64,000 bases of DNA from Podarcis melisellensis (Eukaryota). This document shows, piece by piece, positions 39,170-51,035 of this stretch. The position numbers were made by a program, and so were the translations under genes. The notes beneath the pieces are model-generated. The model made no database searches. It had not been told where the DNA came from and was given only the letters and a program-made list of their open reading frames with translations. Numbering within the stretch: position 1 is the first letter of the stretch; each line of letters opens with the position of its first letter. The DNA is taken from NCBI GenBank assembly GCA_964234715.1, contig OZ174288.1. One strand, given 5' to 3'.

Positions 39170-39468
39170 AACACACCTTTTCTGCAGTGGCTCCCAGTTT
39201 GTGGAATGTTCTCCGCAGGGAGGTTCACCGGGCGCCTTCATTATGCATCTTTAGGCACCAGGGAAAATTTTTCCTTTTTAACCAGGCCTTTAGCTGATTG
39301 ACATCTAATGTCCATTTAAAATGTGTTGGAGAAGGGGGAGGTTATTGGGGGTTGTTTTTGTTTTTATTTTGATTATGTACTTTGTGTTTTTATATTGTGG
39401 TTTTATGTTGTAACCGCCCTGAGACCTGGGGGTATACAGCGGTATACAAATTTTAATAATAATAATAA
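39170..39468 (+). mobile_element. L2 3' end
   Basis: TFSAVAPSLWNVLP-like coding remnant, tgtaaccgccctgag...gcggtata 3' motif, (AAT)n tail. Confidence 0.7.
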
Positions 39469-39913
39469 TACCCCCACATGGCATCCAGCTTGTAGGATTT
39501 GCAAAGGCTGCCAATCTGCTACTGGAACAAGTTCAAGGTGTTAGTACTAACATATAAGGCCAGGTTACCTGAGAGACCACCTTATCCCTTATACACCCAA
39601 TAGGTAGTTGTGGTCTATTTATATTAATTTATTCATATTTATTAATTTATATCTTACCTATCAACTCATTCCATGGCAGTACAAAAATACATAACAACAT
39701 CATAAAGCCACAAAAACCATAAAGTAAAGGGGAAAATAGCAGCACAATCCTATTAATTATTGCAAAAATCATCTGTGGATGGAGGGCACTAGAGAAATTT
39801 AATTCATCATCATCAAATGCTTGCTACAGAGAAGTTGGGTTGAGTGTCATCAGCATACTGGCAACACTTTGCTCCAAATCTAATGTGCACTCCCAATTAC
39901 TTCAACAACAACA

Positions 39914-39914
<1 letters not shown>

Positions 39915-39944
<30 letters not shown>

Positions 39945-39986
39945 CTTCTTCTTCTTCTTCTTCTTCTTCTTCTTCTTCTTCTTCTT
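39915..39986 (+). repeat. (CTT)24 microsatellite preceded by (CAA)4
   Basis: Directly visible, uninterrupted. Confidence 0.97.
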
Positions 39987-40244
39987 GGCATATGTCTGCC
40001 TGCTGAGGTCAAGTCAAACTATTGGAAGGTTACATCACCTGCTGTGGCTGTACAGACCAATATGGGAGAGACACCCTTGCCCAATAAAATAGTTGAAGCC
40101 CCCCCCCCCAAGTTAATGGTCATTGGCATTCAAATGGTGTGTGTGTGTGTGGGTGGGTGCGTGGGTGCGCGTGCGCCATGCTTTGTGAATGATTATATGG
40201 GGCAGGCCTTACCTGCCCCCCCAATATTATATTCAAGTTTGCAC

Positions 40245-40910
40245 CCCTGGAGAGACATGTTTTGTTGCAGATGAAGGCGTCTGGCTGTATGGCTACAGTT
40301 GCACCACAGTTCCCAGTCTCTCTGCACTTCTCCCAGTGGTCATTCCTCCTCTGGTCACTTACCTGACCTGAATATCGGTTTGAATCCGCACGATGGGGTG
40401 AGTTCTGTTGCTCTATCTCAGCTCCTGCCAACTTAGCAGTTTGAAAGCACACCAGTGCAAGTAGATAAATAGGTACCGCTGTGGTGGGAAGGTAAATGGC
40501 ATTTCTGTGTGCTCTGATTTCCATCATGGTGTCCCATTGCACCAGAAGCTGGCCATATGACCCGGAAAGCTGTATGTGGACGAACGCTGGCTCCCTCAGC
40601 CTGAAAGTGAGATGAGCGCTGCAACCCCATAGTCATCTTTGACTGGACCTAAGCACCCAGGGGTCCTTTACCTTTTTATTATTATTATCCAGGCACTGTG
40701 GTTCTCTGCAAGGGATTCCCACATAGCGTGGTTGATGTTGCCAGCCCTCCTGTCACGATTGCAGACATCTTTTATCATGCAGAGTTGGTCTGTCAGTAGG
40801 TCTGGTTCCTGAAGCCATCTCCCTGTAGAGCATGGCCTTGGGGATCCTGCCATCTTCCATTCTGTGGACATGGTCATGCCAGCGTAGACATCACTGAGAC
40901 AGGAGCACAA
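40245..40910 (-). mobile_element. RTE-clade LINE 3' fragment split by a Sauria SINE
   Basis: Reverse complement of 52760-53080 (RMEDGRIPK...KDVC...QRRNDH). Confidence 0.75.
40376..40674 (+). mobile_element. Sauria SINE (5'-truncated, older variant)
   Basis: gcaagtagataaataggtaccgct core and gtcctttaccttt tail. Confidence 0.85.
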
Positions 40911-43396
40911 ACAGGCAGGGAATGTGGGCTTGGGGGCAAAGATGGTACTCCAGAGTGCAAATGTCAGAAATCTAGCAGGCAGGCACCCAATGCCACTCGC
41001 TGTGAATGGTCTTGCTGCTAGGCACACTGAGTTGCACCCAACATTTGGGGGGGCACGCGTTGCACATGCATGATGTCACACACGCGATGCACCCCCAGGT
41101 CCAGCCAGGCCTACTCGGCCCACCATCCCCCACCCACCCAGTGCGATCCACCTTATCTTGTGAAAGGGACATGCGGGGCGAAGATGCTTCACCCTGCAAA
41201 TCCCCTGCAGAGATCACCAGCGTGCCTTTCGGGGAATCGCTCTGGGGATTGTCAGAGTGATGCAGCAAGGCAAAGATGCTTCGTCCTGGCAAATCCTTTT
41301 GAGGATTGCCACAGAATTTTGGGGGAGGGACCCAGCCCCCTTCATGAAAATATGGGGGGGGATCTGGCCCCTCGGCCCCCCTCTAGATAGTGCCCCTGCT
41401 GGTAGGAGTGGAAGCCCTGGAGCACAGCGCCATCAATTCCCATCACGCAGCACCAGTCCATGGTGGATGGTATAAAAAGCCACTGAGAAATCCAGTTACA
41501 GCAACATGGTTGCAGTCCCCCATCCCTAACATAATAAAGGTGACTCATAAAGGTGACCAATGCCAATTAGGACCTGGAGCCAAACTCAAATGGGTCAAGA
41601 ATATTGGTATTTTCCAAGAGCATCTCTAGTTGCACCACATTAGTCTCTCCATCACCTTGCCCAGAAAAGGAGTGTTAGTGACTGGCCAATGATTGCCCAC
41701 TTTTCTCACACTTTACATTGATTGAATTGTGTTACACAACACAAAGTCATCTTGGTGCAGAACTGCAATCCTTGAGATTTTCTTCTTCTCCATAGTGGGT
41801 CAAGATGGAAGAAACAATACGGGATGGAGCTGCTCAGTTATGAAACCTTCCAGATTCTGTCTTGGCAGAGTACTTTCTTTTTGCAAGGATGACTTTTGGT
41901 TGCAACCTTCCCAAGCAAAGGGGTAGCTGAAAAAATAACTTTGCTTTCTCCCTCCCTCTCTCTCTCTCTCTCTCCCTCCCCAGCCTTAGCTGTCAGGATC
42001 TTTTAGAAATAACACACTCCTCTGAGGAAGTCGGAATAGCAACAGGAAAATGAGTAAAACCTATTATAAAACAGTTGTCCAAGAACTTAGGCACGGCACA
42101 GGGTAGAGATCGATACGCTGTGAAGGTTAAATCTATTTTCACACTGTGTCCCATTTCACAGTTTAATGGTGTTTTAATGTGTCTGTCACCGATTCTCCCC
42201 TTCATGTTACACAGGTAGAGCCTTTACAAAGAAGGAAAAGAACTCTGTTTCTCCCATGCTTCACACGGTAACATCTTATTTACCAGCTGAGTTCTGACAC
42301 CTTCCCTTTTTTTCCTCTCTAGAGATACACCAGACTCTGGCTATTTTAACTTTCAAAGGCATAAAATAGGCTCTACCTTTACAGTAATTTCGAATTAACT
42401 TTGTCAAAGGCCTCTAGGGTAGCAGAGGCTGGGAGGCAATGGTGTCGGGCTGGAATCTAATGGATTTTTATAGCAGCTGAAGATACTAAGGCAAATCAGA
42501 ATCAAAAGTCACCCCCCCAAGCAGACTCCAAAAGATCTGGACTAGCATAATGTAGGCATACTGTGTTCAGTGCTTGTGTGCTGAACCGAGATACAGCCAC
42601 AGATTTGCTTTCTACAATACTGCACTGAAAACGTATCCCATACATATATATATACACAGAAAAGAAATTCTGTAAGAGGAGAGAAAAATTCAGTGAAATT
42701 ATCATGGGTGAGGTGTAGGATTTTTGCCTCACATTAGTGTCGAAGCAGCTGGGGGCTGTTCACGATTGCCCTTTCATTCATTCAACAAATCACCTCCCTA
42801 CTTGTTTGCAGTACTCAGCCTTAATGGATTATTAGAGGTTACTGTCCACACACACTTTCGCTGTGCAGATACTGTGTGTAGGTAAAACCTCTTTTAAACT
42901 GCTTTAGCAGAGTTTAGCTTCTTTCTTGTGTAGAAGCAGTGAACAATAATAAAGTTGTTTTAAAGATGACTCACTAAACTAAAGTCTCAGTTGAGATTTT
43001 TTCCCCAGACCGGGTACATGCGTTATGGTTGTAAAAGAAACGGTTTCGACTGTTGACATAAGCAGCAATTAACAGTATACTTTCAAACAAAAGTCTTATT
43101 AACAGCATGTTGTAAATCACAGCAACAGGCCTTCAACAGAATTCACAGGCAGCACTCTTCCGTCAGACATCAGGTGTCTGTAAAAACGAAGCCAAGTGGT
43201 CTTCTTCTTATTGGCCCTTCCAGCTGATGCCAATTAAGCCCAGAGTGCCACTCCCATACATAAAGGAAAAATCTGGAACCTTTCAGACTTCTACTTGTTT
43301 CTTTGCAAAATGATTCCCTAACATGGATACCCAGGCTTTCAGATCAGGAAGCATGGGCAGTTGAGGGGAGCTGAAGAGTGCTAGGAAATGTTTGTG

Positions 43397-44416
43397 TGTG
43401 AAGACACCCCCCCAAACCACCCCCAAAATAAAGACACAATAGACACAGAATTTAGCTTAAGGTTTTTGGCATTAATTTTGGCCACAACTTTATTGATTAC
43501 AGCATGTGAGTAGTTGTTTAGGCATTGGTTCCAGAATACCTGAACCTTCACAGTGCCAGGAACAGGACTGACACTGGGCACCACCAGAAGTCAGTGAGGG
43601 AAAGCATCCTGAGGAAGCAAGAAGCTGGCTTCGATCTCACAGCTCACCCCAGATGCTCCCAGGGGCTCTGTCGTGGCCCTAGCCCTGTGACAGGGTTTGG
43701 ACAAAAGCAAGGCGAACCCCTGGATTCCTTTAACAGAATTCTCTAGCGATGGAGGGGCAGGTACAGCCAACCACTTCCACTCCGCAAAACATTGAACCAA
43801 TGCCTAACCGCCAACCTCACAAAGTTGTGACGATTTGCTACACTGTAGGCAAAAACCAAATGGCAACAGCCAAATGGCAAAATTCCTACCAGGCCCCTAC
43901 TCCAAAAACAGACGACCCCTAGACAGGCATAGCAAGGCCAAAGAACAGCCCTAAATATAGAGTGGGAGGGCAGGTGATCCAATGCACGTTGCAAGAAAGA
44001 GAAAGCTTCCAGCAATGTGCAACAGCTTAAATAACCCCTTGGTAGCCAATAGATGACCCAACAGGCAAAATTTCTACCCCAGCAACTGAGGGGCAACCAA
44101 TGGGGTGTTGTGGCTATCCAAATGGTCCTGCCCCCAAAACAAGGAGGCAGTTTAGGTGATCTCACCGCAACACGTGCCCACCATGATGGAGGACACTATT
44201 TACTGGAAAGCAAAAGCACACACATACCAACCTTGGTCACTTTCAAAGGATAAGGTAAGCTCAAAATGCAACATCCAATGAAATTCTAAAGAAATTCACA
44301 AGGGCTCTGAGAATAAAGCAGAAATATGGGGTCCCCCCTCCAAAGGGAGAACAGAGAAATCAGAAGGCAGATTTCAGCACAGCACCTAAGGATCTAAAGC
44401 TACAGCATCTCCCACA
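43397..44416 (-). mobile_element. Probable solo LTR (~1 kb), Gypsy/ERV-like
   Basis: TGTG...CACA termini, 4-bp flanks tgtg/ggtg (one mismatch), minus-strand AATAAAgttgtggcc at 43478-43494, shared with the 63025 element. Confidence 0.6.
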
Positions 44417-44574
44417 GGTGGGGGTTCATGTTGCTTGCTCCCAATGTTATTGTTAAGTTGCCACTCACCCCGAGGTCCTAGGATAGGTCACAGCCATTTA
44501 AAATACAACACTGAAAGCCAATTACAATCACAAGACTGGGGGTACACCTTTACTTTCGAAATGGCCTGGTTGCA

Positions 44575-44746
44575 TGGCATAATGTGCAAATGGCTTTAGA
44601 TATCTATTAGGTCCATAAATTACCATGTAGTATATATTCAACACAAAAAACAGCAGCAATTTGTTGCTGACAAAGGACAGCTGGACATATAAAGGGCCCT
44701 ATTACCTTCAGTAGCTTAGGGACTCGTCAAACCTAAATCCGGCCCT
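44575..44746. mobile_element. Harbinger-like MITE end
   Basis: Terminates in aaacctaaatccggccct (AGGGCCGG-type TIR). Confidence 0.5.
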
Positions 44747-44970
44747 ACCTTCTCCCATGCCACCCCAGAGCTTCTGAGAATGGTGGAAGTACCAATAGGG
44801 TCCCCTGGGCTTGTCTTAGCACTGGAGATGGTCTGTAGGGGAAATGGAAGTCTCTCTGTTTTGGGGGGCCTAAGTTATTTAGGGCTTTAAATACTGAATT
44901 GGGCCTGGAAACAAAATGGCAGCCAATGAGCTGTTTTAGAACAGGGGTTATATGAGATCTAACCCCTCTC
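44747..44970 (-). mobile_element. L2 fragment
   Basis: HITPVLKQL...FKALNNLGP in ORF 44745..44972. Confidence 0.7.
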
Positions 44971-45402
44971 ATGCGCTCTCACCTTCTTGGCCGAAGCTTG
45001 ATTTGTTGCTTTGAGTGCCCAGCTTTCTTTTTTCCTCTTCTCAGAAAATGACAAGAAGCTTCTTTGCGGATTGGTCTATTCAATACTGTAGTTCAAGCAT
45101 CAAGGGTCACGAGTGAGCTGCTGTCCAGCTGGGATTCAAGAATCTTGCCAAATTAGGTGGGCATTTTCCCAGCATCTTCCAGGAGAGAGGCTCTGCAATA
45201 TGAACTGGAGACTGACTTCTTGGATTGCAATCTTTTCCCTTCCAGAGTCCCCCACAATGGATTTGGATTTGTCTAACAGGTTTGAAATGTAATTATAGCA
45301 AACAAATCTCTGGATTATATATATGAAAATGGGGGGGGGGAAAGGCATTAAAGTGTTTAAATGTTATCTAATACAAATAATCATCTAGTTTTCACTGAAG
45401 AA

Positions 45403-45475
45403 GGCCTGTAGCTCAATGGCAGAACACATGCTTTGCATGCAGAAGGTCCCAGGTTTGATCCCTGCCATTTCCCTG
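45403..45475 (+). mobile_element. tRNA-Ala-derived SINE head (Squam2-like)
   Basis: gtagctcaatggcagaacacatgctttgcatgcagaaggtcccaggtttgatccc: A/B boxes, TGC loop, broken stems. Confidence 0.65.
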
Positions 45476-45825
45476 TGGAAGTCTGTAGGGTCCATTGCCA
45501 GCAGGAGTGGAAGAGACATTCAATTTAAAGGTGAAATTATCTAATGTGTACTTTATGAAACAATATGTGTTGTGTTGTATTTTTTAAATTTATACATTTT
45601 CCAGATTTTGAATATACATCATACCTGCCATTTCTAGGTCACCGCCCTATGGAAGTTTGCATGGTCCATTGCCAACAGGAGTGGAGGAGAAATTCAGCTT
45701 AAAGGTGAATTTATCTAACTTGTACATTATGAAACAGTATGTGAAATGAAACAAAAGCATTTCTTCAAAATGAGTATTCCTCCAAATTTTCCACTGCAGT
45801 TCTTCAGCCAACTAATGTGTACATA

Positions 45826-46067
45826 CAGCCGTACCTTGGTTCTCGAATGCCTTGGTACTTGTACGTTTTGGCTCCCGAACACCAAAAACCCAGAAGTAAG
45901 TGTTCCAGTTTTTGAACGTTTTTTAGAAGCCTGACGTCTGATGCATTTTCCACTTGATTGCAGGAAGCTCTTGCAGCCCAATTGGAAGCTGTGTCTTGGT
46001 TTTCGAACGTTTCAGAAGTCAAACAGACTTCCGGAACAGATTACATTCGAGAACCAAGGTACGACAG
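45826..46067. mobile_element. Tigger-like MITE nested in a hAT/Ac-like copy (~45680-46304)
   Basis: TIR cgtaccttggttctcgaatg...cattcgagaaccaaggtacg, 5' TA. Confidence 0.8.
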
Positions 46068-48201
46068 GAAAAGTGTGAATTAGTGAAGGTAACACAAAAC
46101 AGCTGGTAGTTTGCAAAAGTGTGTGGATTAGGCAAAAATGCATACTAAATGCGTAGATTAGGAAAAATACACACTAAAATGCAGATGAATTTTCAGGAGG
46201 GTGTGTCTCTGTGTGTTTGTGTCTGTGCGTGTGTGGAACTGAACTTAAAAGTGGAAAGATAAGGATAAGAAGGGATCCACAATTGTTAGATTTGCCCATC
46301 CCTAGTTACCAGTGAGTAAAATTTCTTCAGATGACCTAAGTGACCATGAATGGATTTATTGGGTTTGTTGGCTACCCTTATTCTTTTTCCTTTCCCACTT
46401 TGTCTCCTGATTCACCCTAATGCTCTTTAATTAAAAGACAGGAAACACAACAGGTGGCAAACACTTCCTGCTCTCTTATATAATGTGACATTAAAATCAG
46501 GGGAGGGTGTTTACAAGTGTGTGCTGCGCATGCTAGCATTTAGTGCTCTACAATATCACTGTTATTTCACACTTGCGTGGATTCTGAAATGTTGTTACAG
46601 CTGTCCTGAAATCCTGACAAAGAGGGGCATTTCTTCCCAACCTTCTCTGATGCATCCCATCAAAATTGCTTTTTGACTCCTCTTTGAACCGTAACCATAG
46701 TGATCCATAACAATTTATCAGAGGGGTCCCTGTTTCCCTGGTGTGATGCGGGATGGGGAGAGAAAGGAGGAATAGATGGAGAGGGAGAGGGAGAAAGGAA
46801 GATAAACCATATTCACATTCGTACTTTCCAAAAGTCAGTTTTCTTTCATACAGATCTTTTGGAGAAATCTCTCTTTTTTTTCCCCTATGGAAAACATGCC
46901 ACAGCTCTAAAGCTGCTGGCTGGTTGAAAGGAGGAATTGTTCTTATTTTTTATTTTATTTCTTTTTTGGAAGGTTAATACAAAGGTTAATTTCCCCCCCT
47001 CCCCTGTTTGACAATAGGAATAAGTGTATCCTTGTTTGGAACGACCTCATCTGGAAGATGATTATCATATTAATATTTCCACTACCAGCACCCACTAAAA
47101 ATAAACCCATCTGCCTTTAGAAGGGACCTCTAAGCAGCTTTCTGGTGTCCCTCGATGCCACAAAACAATATCTGTTTGATTTACAGGGCACTCTGTCCCA
47201 AGGAATATGGTGTGAACTGTTAAAAACAAAGGTCACATCCATATCATACTTTTAAAGCACATGGCTCCCCTCAAAGAATCTTGGTAACCATAGTTTGTTA
47301 AGTGTGTTGGGAATTGTACTTCTTTGAGAGGTCAACTACAGTTCTCAAGATGCTTTTGGGGAAGCCAAGTGCTTTAAATGTGCTTAATGAGTATGCTCAG
47401 TAACCATGAAAAGCCAGCTGGAAAAGAAAAATAGGGCAGGGGAAGAGGATGGGAAGGAGTATTGTGTAGCTGGACATGACTGGCTGTCTGGTTCCATAGT
47501 TGGAACCCTGGCGAAGAGCAGGTGGGAAGAACCTTTGGCCTTCCCGATTTTGCTGCACTACAGATCCCACCAGCACCAACATGCCTGGGAGGACCAACAG
47601 TTCCCCACACTCCTGCTAGGAGGATGCACTGCAACATTTGTTGCAGCATCTACCTGTACTAAATATTTAGACTTTATAGTGAGCTTCAAATATTCAAAGC
47701 AATTCACAGAAACAAATCTACATAATCCTGAAAACAGTCCCAGGATGGTTCCACAATGGGAGTTTATTGTGGAATTGCCATGCTTTGTTTACTCATTTTT
47801 TATGGGGCATCCACACAATGCTGTCACCCAATCAGTGTCATTCACCATTTGCCCTGTGATTCTTCTGTCTTTTTTTCAATCCACAGAAAGCCCAGCTTTT
47901 ATTGCATATATATCTCCAGAATAGTGTCTTAGCAACAATTAAGGCTGATCAAAGAAATTTAAATTGAGTTTTTAAAATAGTACCTGCCACAGTGGTTATA
48001 TAGGATAGGTTGTATCCATTGTGTAGCACTAAGTAACTCATTCCATTAGAGTGAGCATTTACTAGGGCTGTGCACTGGATTTGGCCAAGACCAAATCAGC
48101 TGTTGAGCAGAGGGTGCCATCCTGGGTGGAGGGGAGGTACCCCCCCCAGTCTTGGTTGAGAGGTGGGGGAGGAGATGCAAGATAAACAAATACATAATTT
48201 A

Positions 48202-48557
48202 AAGGTAAAGGTAAAGGGACCCCTGACCATTAGGTCCAGTCATGACCGACTCCTGGGTTGCGGCGCTCATCTCACTTTATTGGCCGAGGGAGCTGGCGTA
48301 CAGCTTCTGGGTCATGTGGTCAGCATGACTAAGCCACTTCTGTTGAACCAGAGCAGCGCATGGAAATGCCGTTTACCTTTCCACCGGAGCGGTACCTATT
48401 TATCTACTTGCACTTTGGCATGCTTTCGAACTGCTAGGTTGGCAGGAGCAGGGACCGAGCAACGGGAGCTCACCCCATCTCGGGGATTCGAACCATTGAC
48501 CTTCTGATCGGCAAGTTCTAGGCTCTGTGGTTTAACCCACAGCGCCACCCGCGTCCC
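48202..48557 (-). mobile_element. Sauria SINE, full length, young
   Basis: Exact 13-bp TSD aatacataattta (48189-48201, 48558-48570), CpGs retained. Confidence 0.94.
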
Positions 48558-48974
48558 AATACATAATTTAGGATAGAATAAATTTTGAAACCAGTACATA
48601 GAGATAAAATGTTTATTTAAATATGACTTTTCATACTATTCTTTAAAACAAACAAACCCAGAAATAGTGTAGAAATGGGATGGTACAGACTGATGAGTGA
48701 ATACATGCAAAATTGGGATGATTATTCCTACATATGAAAAACCCACAAGCAGGACATGATGCTAGCATCCAACTCCCAAACATCTGGAATTCAGAGATAT
48801 ACAGCTACTGAACTTGGAGGTTCTATTTAAGTGTGACAAAGTTTTCTGACAGGCAAATCCACTGAGGAAAAGACCATCTTCAGTGAGATTTTCGCACACC
48901 AAAGCATGCCAGAAGAAGTAGATTCATTCCAGTCAAGTATGTGTGTCATTATACTGAAATTTAGTTTAGGATAT

Positions 48975-49470
48975 CACTGAGCGGTTGCTGCAAGCGGAAG
49001 TTTGCCACCTTCTCCTCAGTGCAGCATTTAGAAGGCACTCAAAGCGGAGAGAAAAGAAGCTGTTATTGTCAGGTACGCGCCGAAATGCACAGCTGAAAAT
49101 TAATTTTTTGTAATTAAACCCCCCATCTGTGAGCCTTTTGCTGGAAGCCCCTATTCTGCTGATAAATGACATTAACACCACGGGGCCGCGCGTACCAGCA
49201 AATTTAAAACCACTTTTCTTCCCGGGTGTGCCACTTAGCGCAGCTGGGAGAATGGGCTGTTTAAAATTTAAAGGGCTGCTGAATTCTTGCGGAAAGCAGT
49301 TAAGGAAAAATCGTTCCAAAAGCTTTGGATAGGATGTCGACCCTCTTTCCTCATTAGCAAGGCAATAGCGGCGTTGCAAGATTTAATTCCTGGCCAAGTT
49401 TGGAAGAGACTTCCGCCGGGGAAACACCAGTAGGGAATCACACTCACACACACAACCAGTCTAACATTTC
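48975..49470. promoter_or_regulatory. Candidate conserved enhancer (CpG-retaining, repeat-free)
   Basis: CpG-rich against a depleted background. TGATAAATGA at 49160-49169, TGACA/TGTCA and TAATTA motifs. Conservation untested. Confidence 0.45.
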
Positions 49471-49683
49471 GCAACGGAAAGTGAGACACACCTGGGACCC
49501 CCCCCCAATTTCAGATCGGGGACCATAATCCTCACAATTGCACGCTCTCAAAGGGTTTATCATCCTTCCTCCTCCTCCTCTTGTGTAGGAATAGAAAGGG
49601 GATAATAGATTGCCTTCCACTGATTTAAAATCCAAAATAATATTTTTGTTTATTTTATATCCAACTTTCTCAAGGCAACATAA

Positions 49684-49932
49684 GAAGAAGAAGAGTTTGG
49701 ATTTGATATCCCGCCTTTCACTCCCTTTAAGGAGTCTCAAAGCGGCTAACATTCTCCTTTCCCTTCCTCCCCCACAGCAAACACTCTGTGAGGTGAGTGG
49801 GGCTGAGAGACTTCAGAGAAGTGTGACTGGCCAAAGGTCACCCAGCAGCTGCAGGTGGAGGAGCGGAGACGCGAACCCGGTTCCCCAGATTACGAGACTA
49901 CCGCTCTTAACCACTACACCACACTGGCTCTC
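49684..49932 (-). mobile_element. Squam3-type SINE (young) nested in an older CORE-type SINE
   Basis: Minus strand gagagccagtgtggtgtagtggttaagagc...ggttcgcgtctcc, (CTT)n tail, TSD caacataa (49676-49683, 49932-49939). Confidence 0.85.
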
Positions 49933-50682
49933 AACATAAATGCCCCCCACCCAACAATCCTGAGAGGTACTTTAGACTGAGGGATAATGTCTGCCCCACC
50001 ATCACCCAGTGAGCTTCATACCTTAATGAGGATTCGCACCCAAGTCTCCCTAATTCTCCCACAATGTTCTAACCAGATTTACCCTCCTGATGTTACGGGC
50101 TACATTTCTGTCATCCCTGACATTCGGCCACACAGGCCTTCTGACATAGCTAACAACAAAATGCCAGAAATACACTCCAGAATTGGCTGTGTTTCTTTAT
50201 TATCTCTTGGGAACAGTTCAAGAAGATACCATAAATGATCCTAAACCTGCTGCTTTGAATCCTTTTGATTAGCTAAAAACATGTGAATTGTACCTATCAA
50301 AAAATAAATAAAATCAGAAGTTCTGCCTGACCTCTTCAGACCTGGGCTGGAGGGGAGAACGGTCGATTTGGTGAGGCAGTGCCCCATTTCCCCTATCTCG
50401 GGTTGCCCACAGCCCTGACCAGCCCATGCCTGCCTGACTTTATTGAAAACCAGCCTAGGGCTTGGACTGGCTGTCAGATTCCTTCTGCTTAGCCTCAGTT
50501 ATCCCCTTTTAGAAGACTGTTGGTGGGAGGTAAAGGTAAAGGACCCTGGGAGGTTAAGTCCAGTCAAACCTGACTCTGGGGTGCAGCGCTCATCATGCAT
50601 ATATTAGAGGAAACATGCACACATTATTGAAAATAGCATACTTACCAATGTGTATGTTAATCAAAGCTGCATGTGAAAAGGG

Positions 50683-51035
50683 AAGGTAAAAAGGTAAAGG
50701 ACCCCTGGATGGTTAAGTTCAGTCAAGGGCAACTCTGGGGTTGCGGCGTTCATCTCACTTCAGGCTAAGGGAGCCAGCGTTTGTCCACAGACAGCTTTCC
50801 TAGTCATGTGGCCAGCAGGACTAAACAGCTTCTGGTGCAACGGGACACCGTGACGTAAGCCAGAGCACACAGAAATGCTGTTTACCTTCCCACCGGAGTG
50901 GTACCCATTTACCTACTCATGTTGGTATGCTCTTGAACTTCTAAGTTGGCAGGAGCTGGGATAGAGCAACTGTCGCACGGACTCAAACTGCTGACCTTCT
51001 GATCGGCAAGCCCATGAGGCTCAGTGGTTTAGACC
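50683..51035 (-). mobile_element. Sauria SINE (older variant); an extra 3' fragment lies at 50529-50594
   Basis: aaggtaaaggacccctggatggttaag...gaccttctgatcggcaagccc. Confidence 0.85.

Noticed and set aside
39840-40274. Poly-Leu and poly-Phe ORFs resembling signal or TM peptides
   Set aside because: Translation of the (CTT)24 microsatellite.
41991-42299. Solo LTR (TGTCAG...CTGACA)
   Set aside because: No target-site duplication (ttagc vs ccttc) and no second copy.
45403-45475. Functional tRNA-Ala gene (also tRNA-like heads at 6118, 36052, 54498)
   Set aside because: Stems are broken and the sequences match SINE heads.
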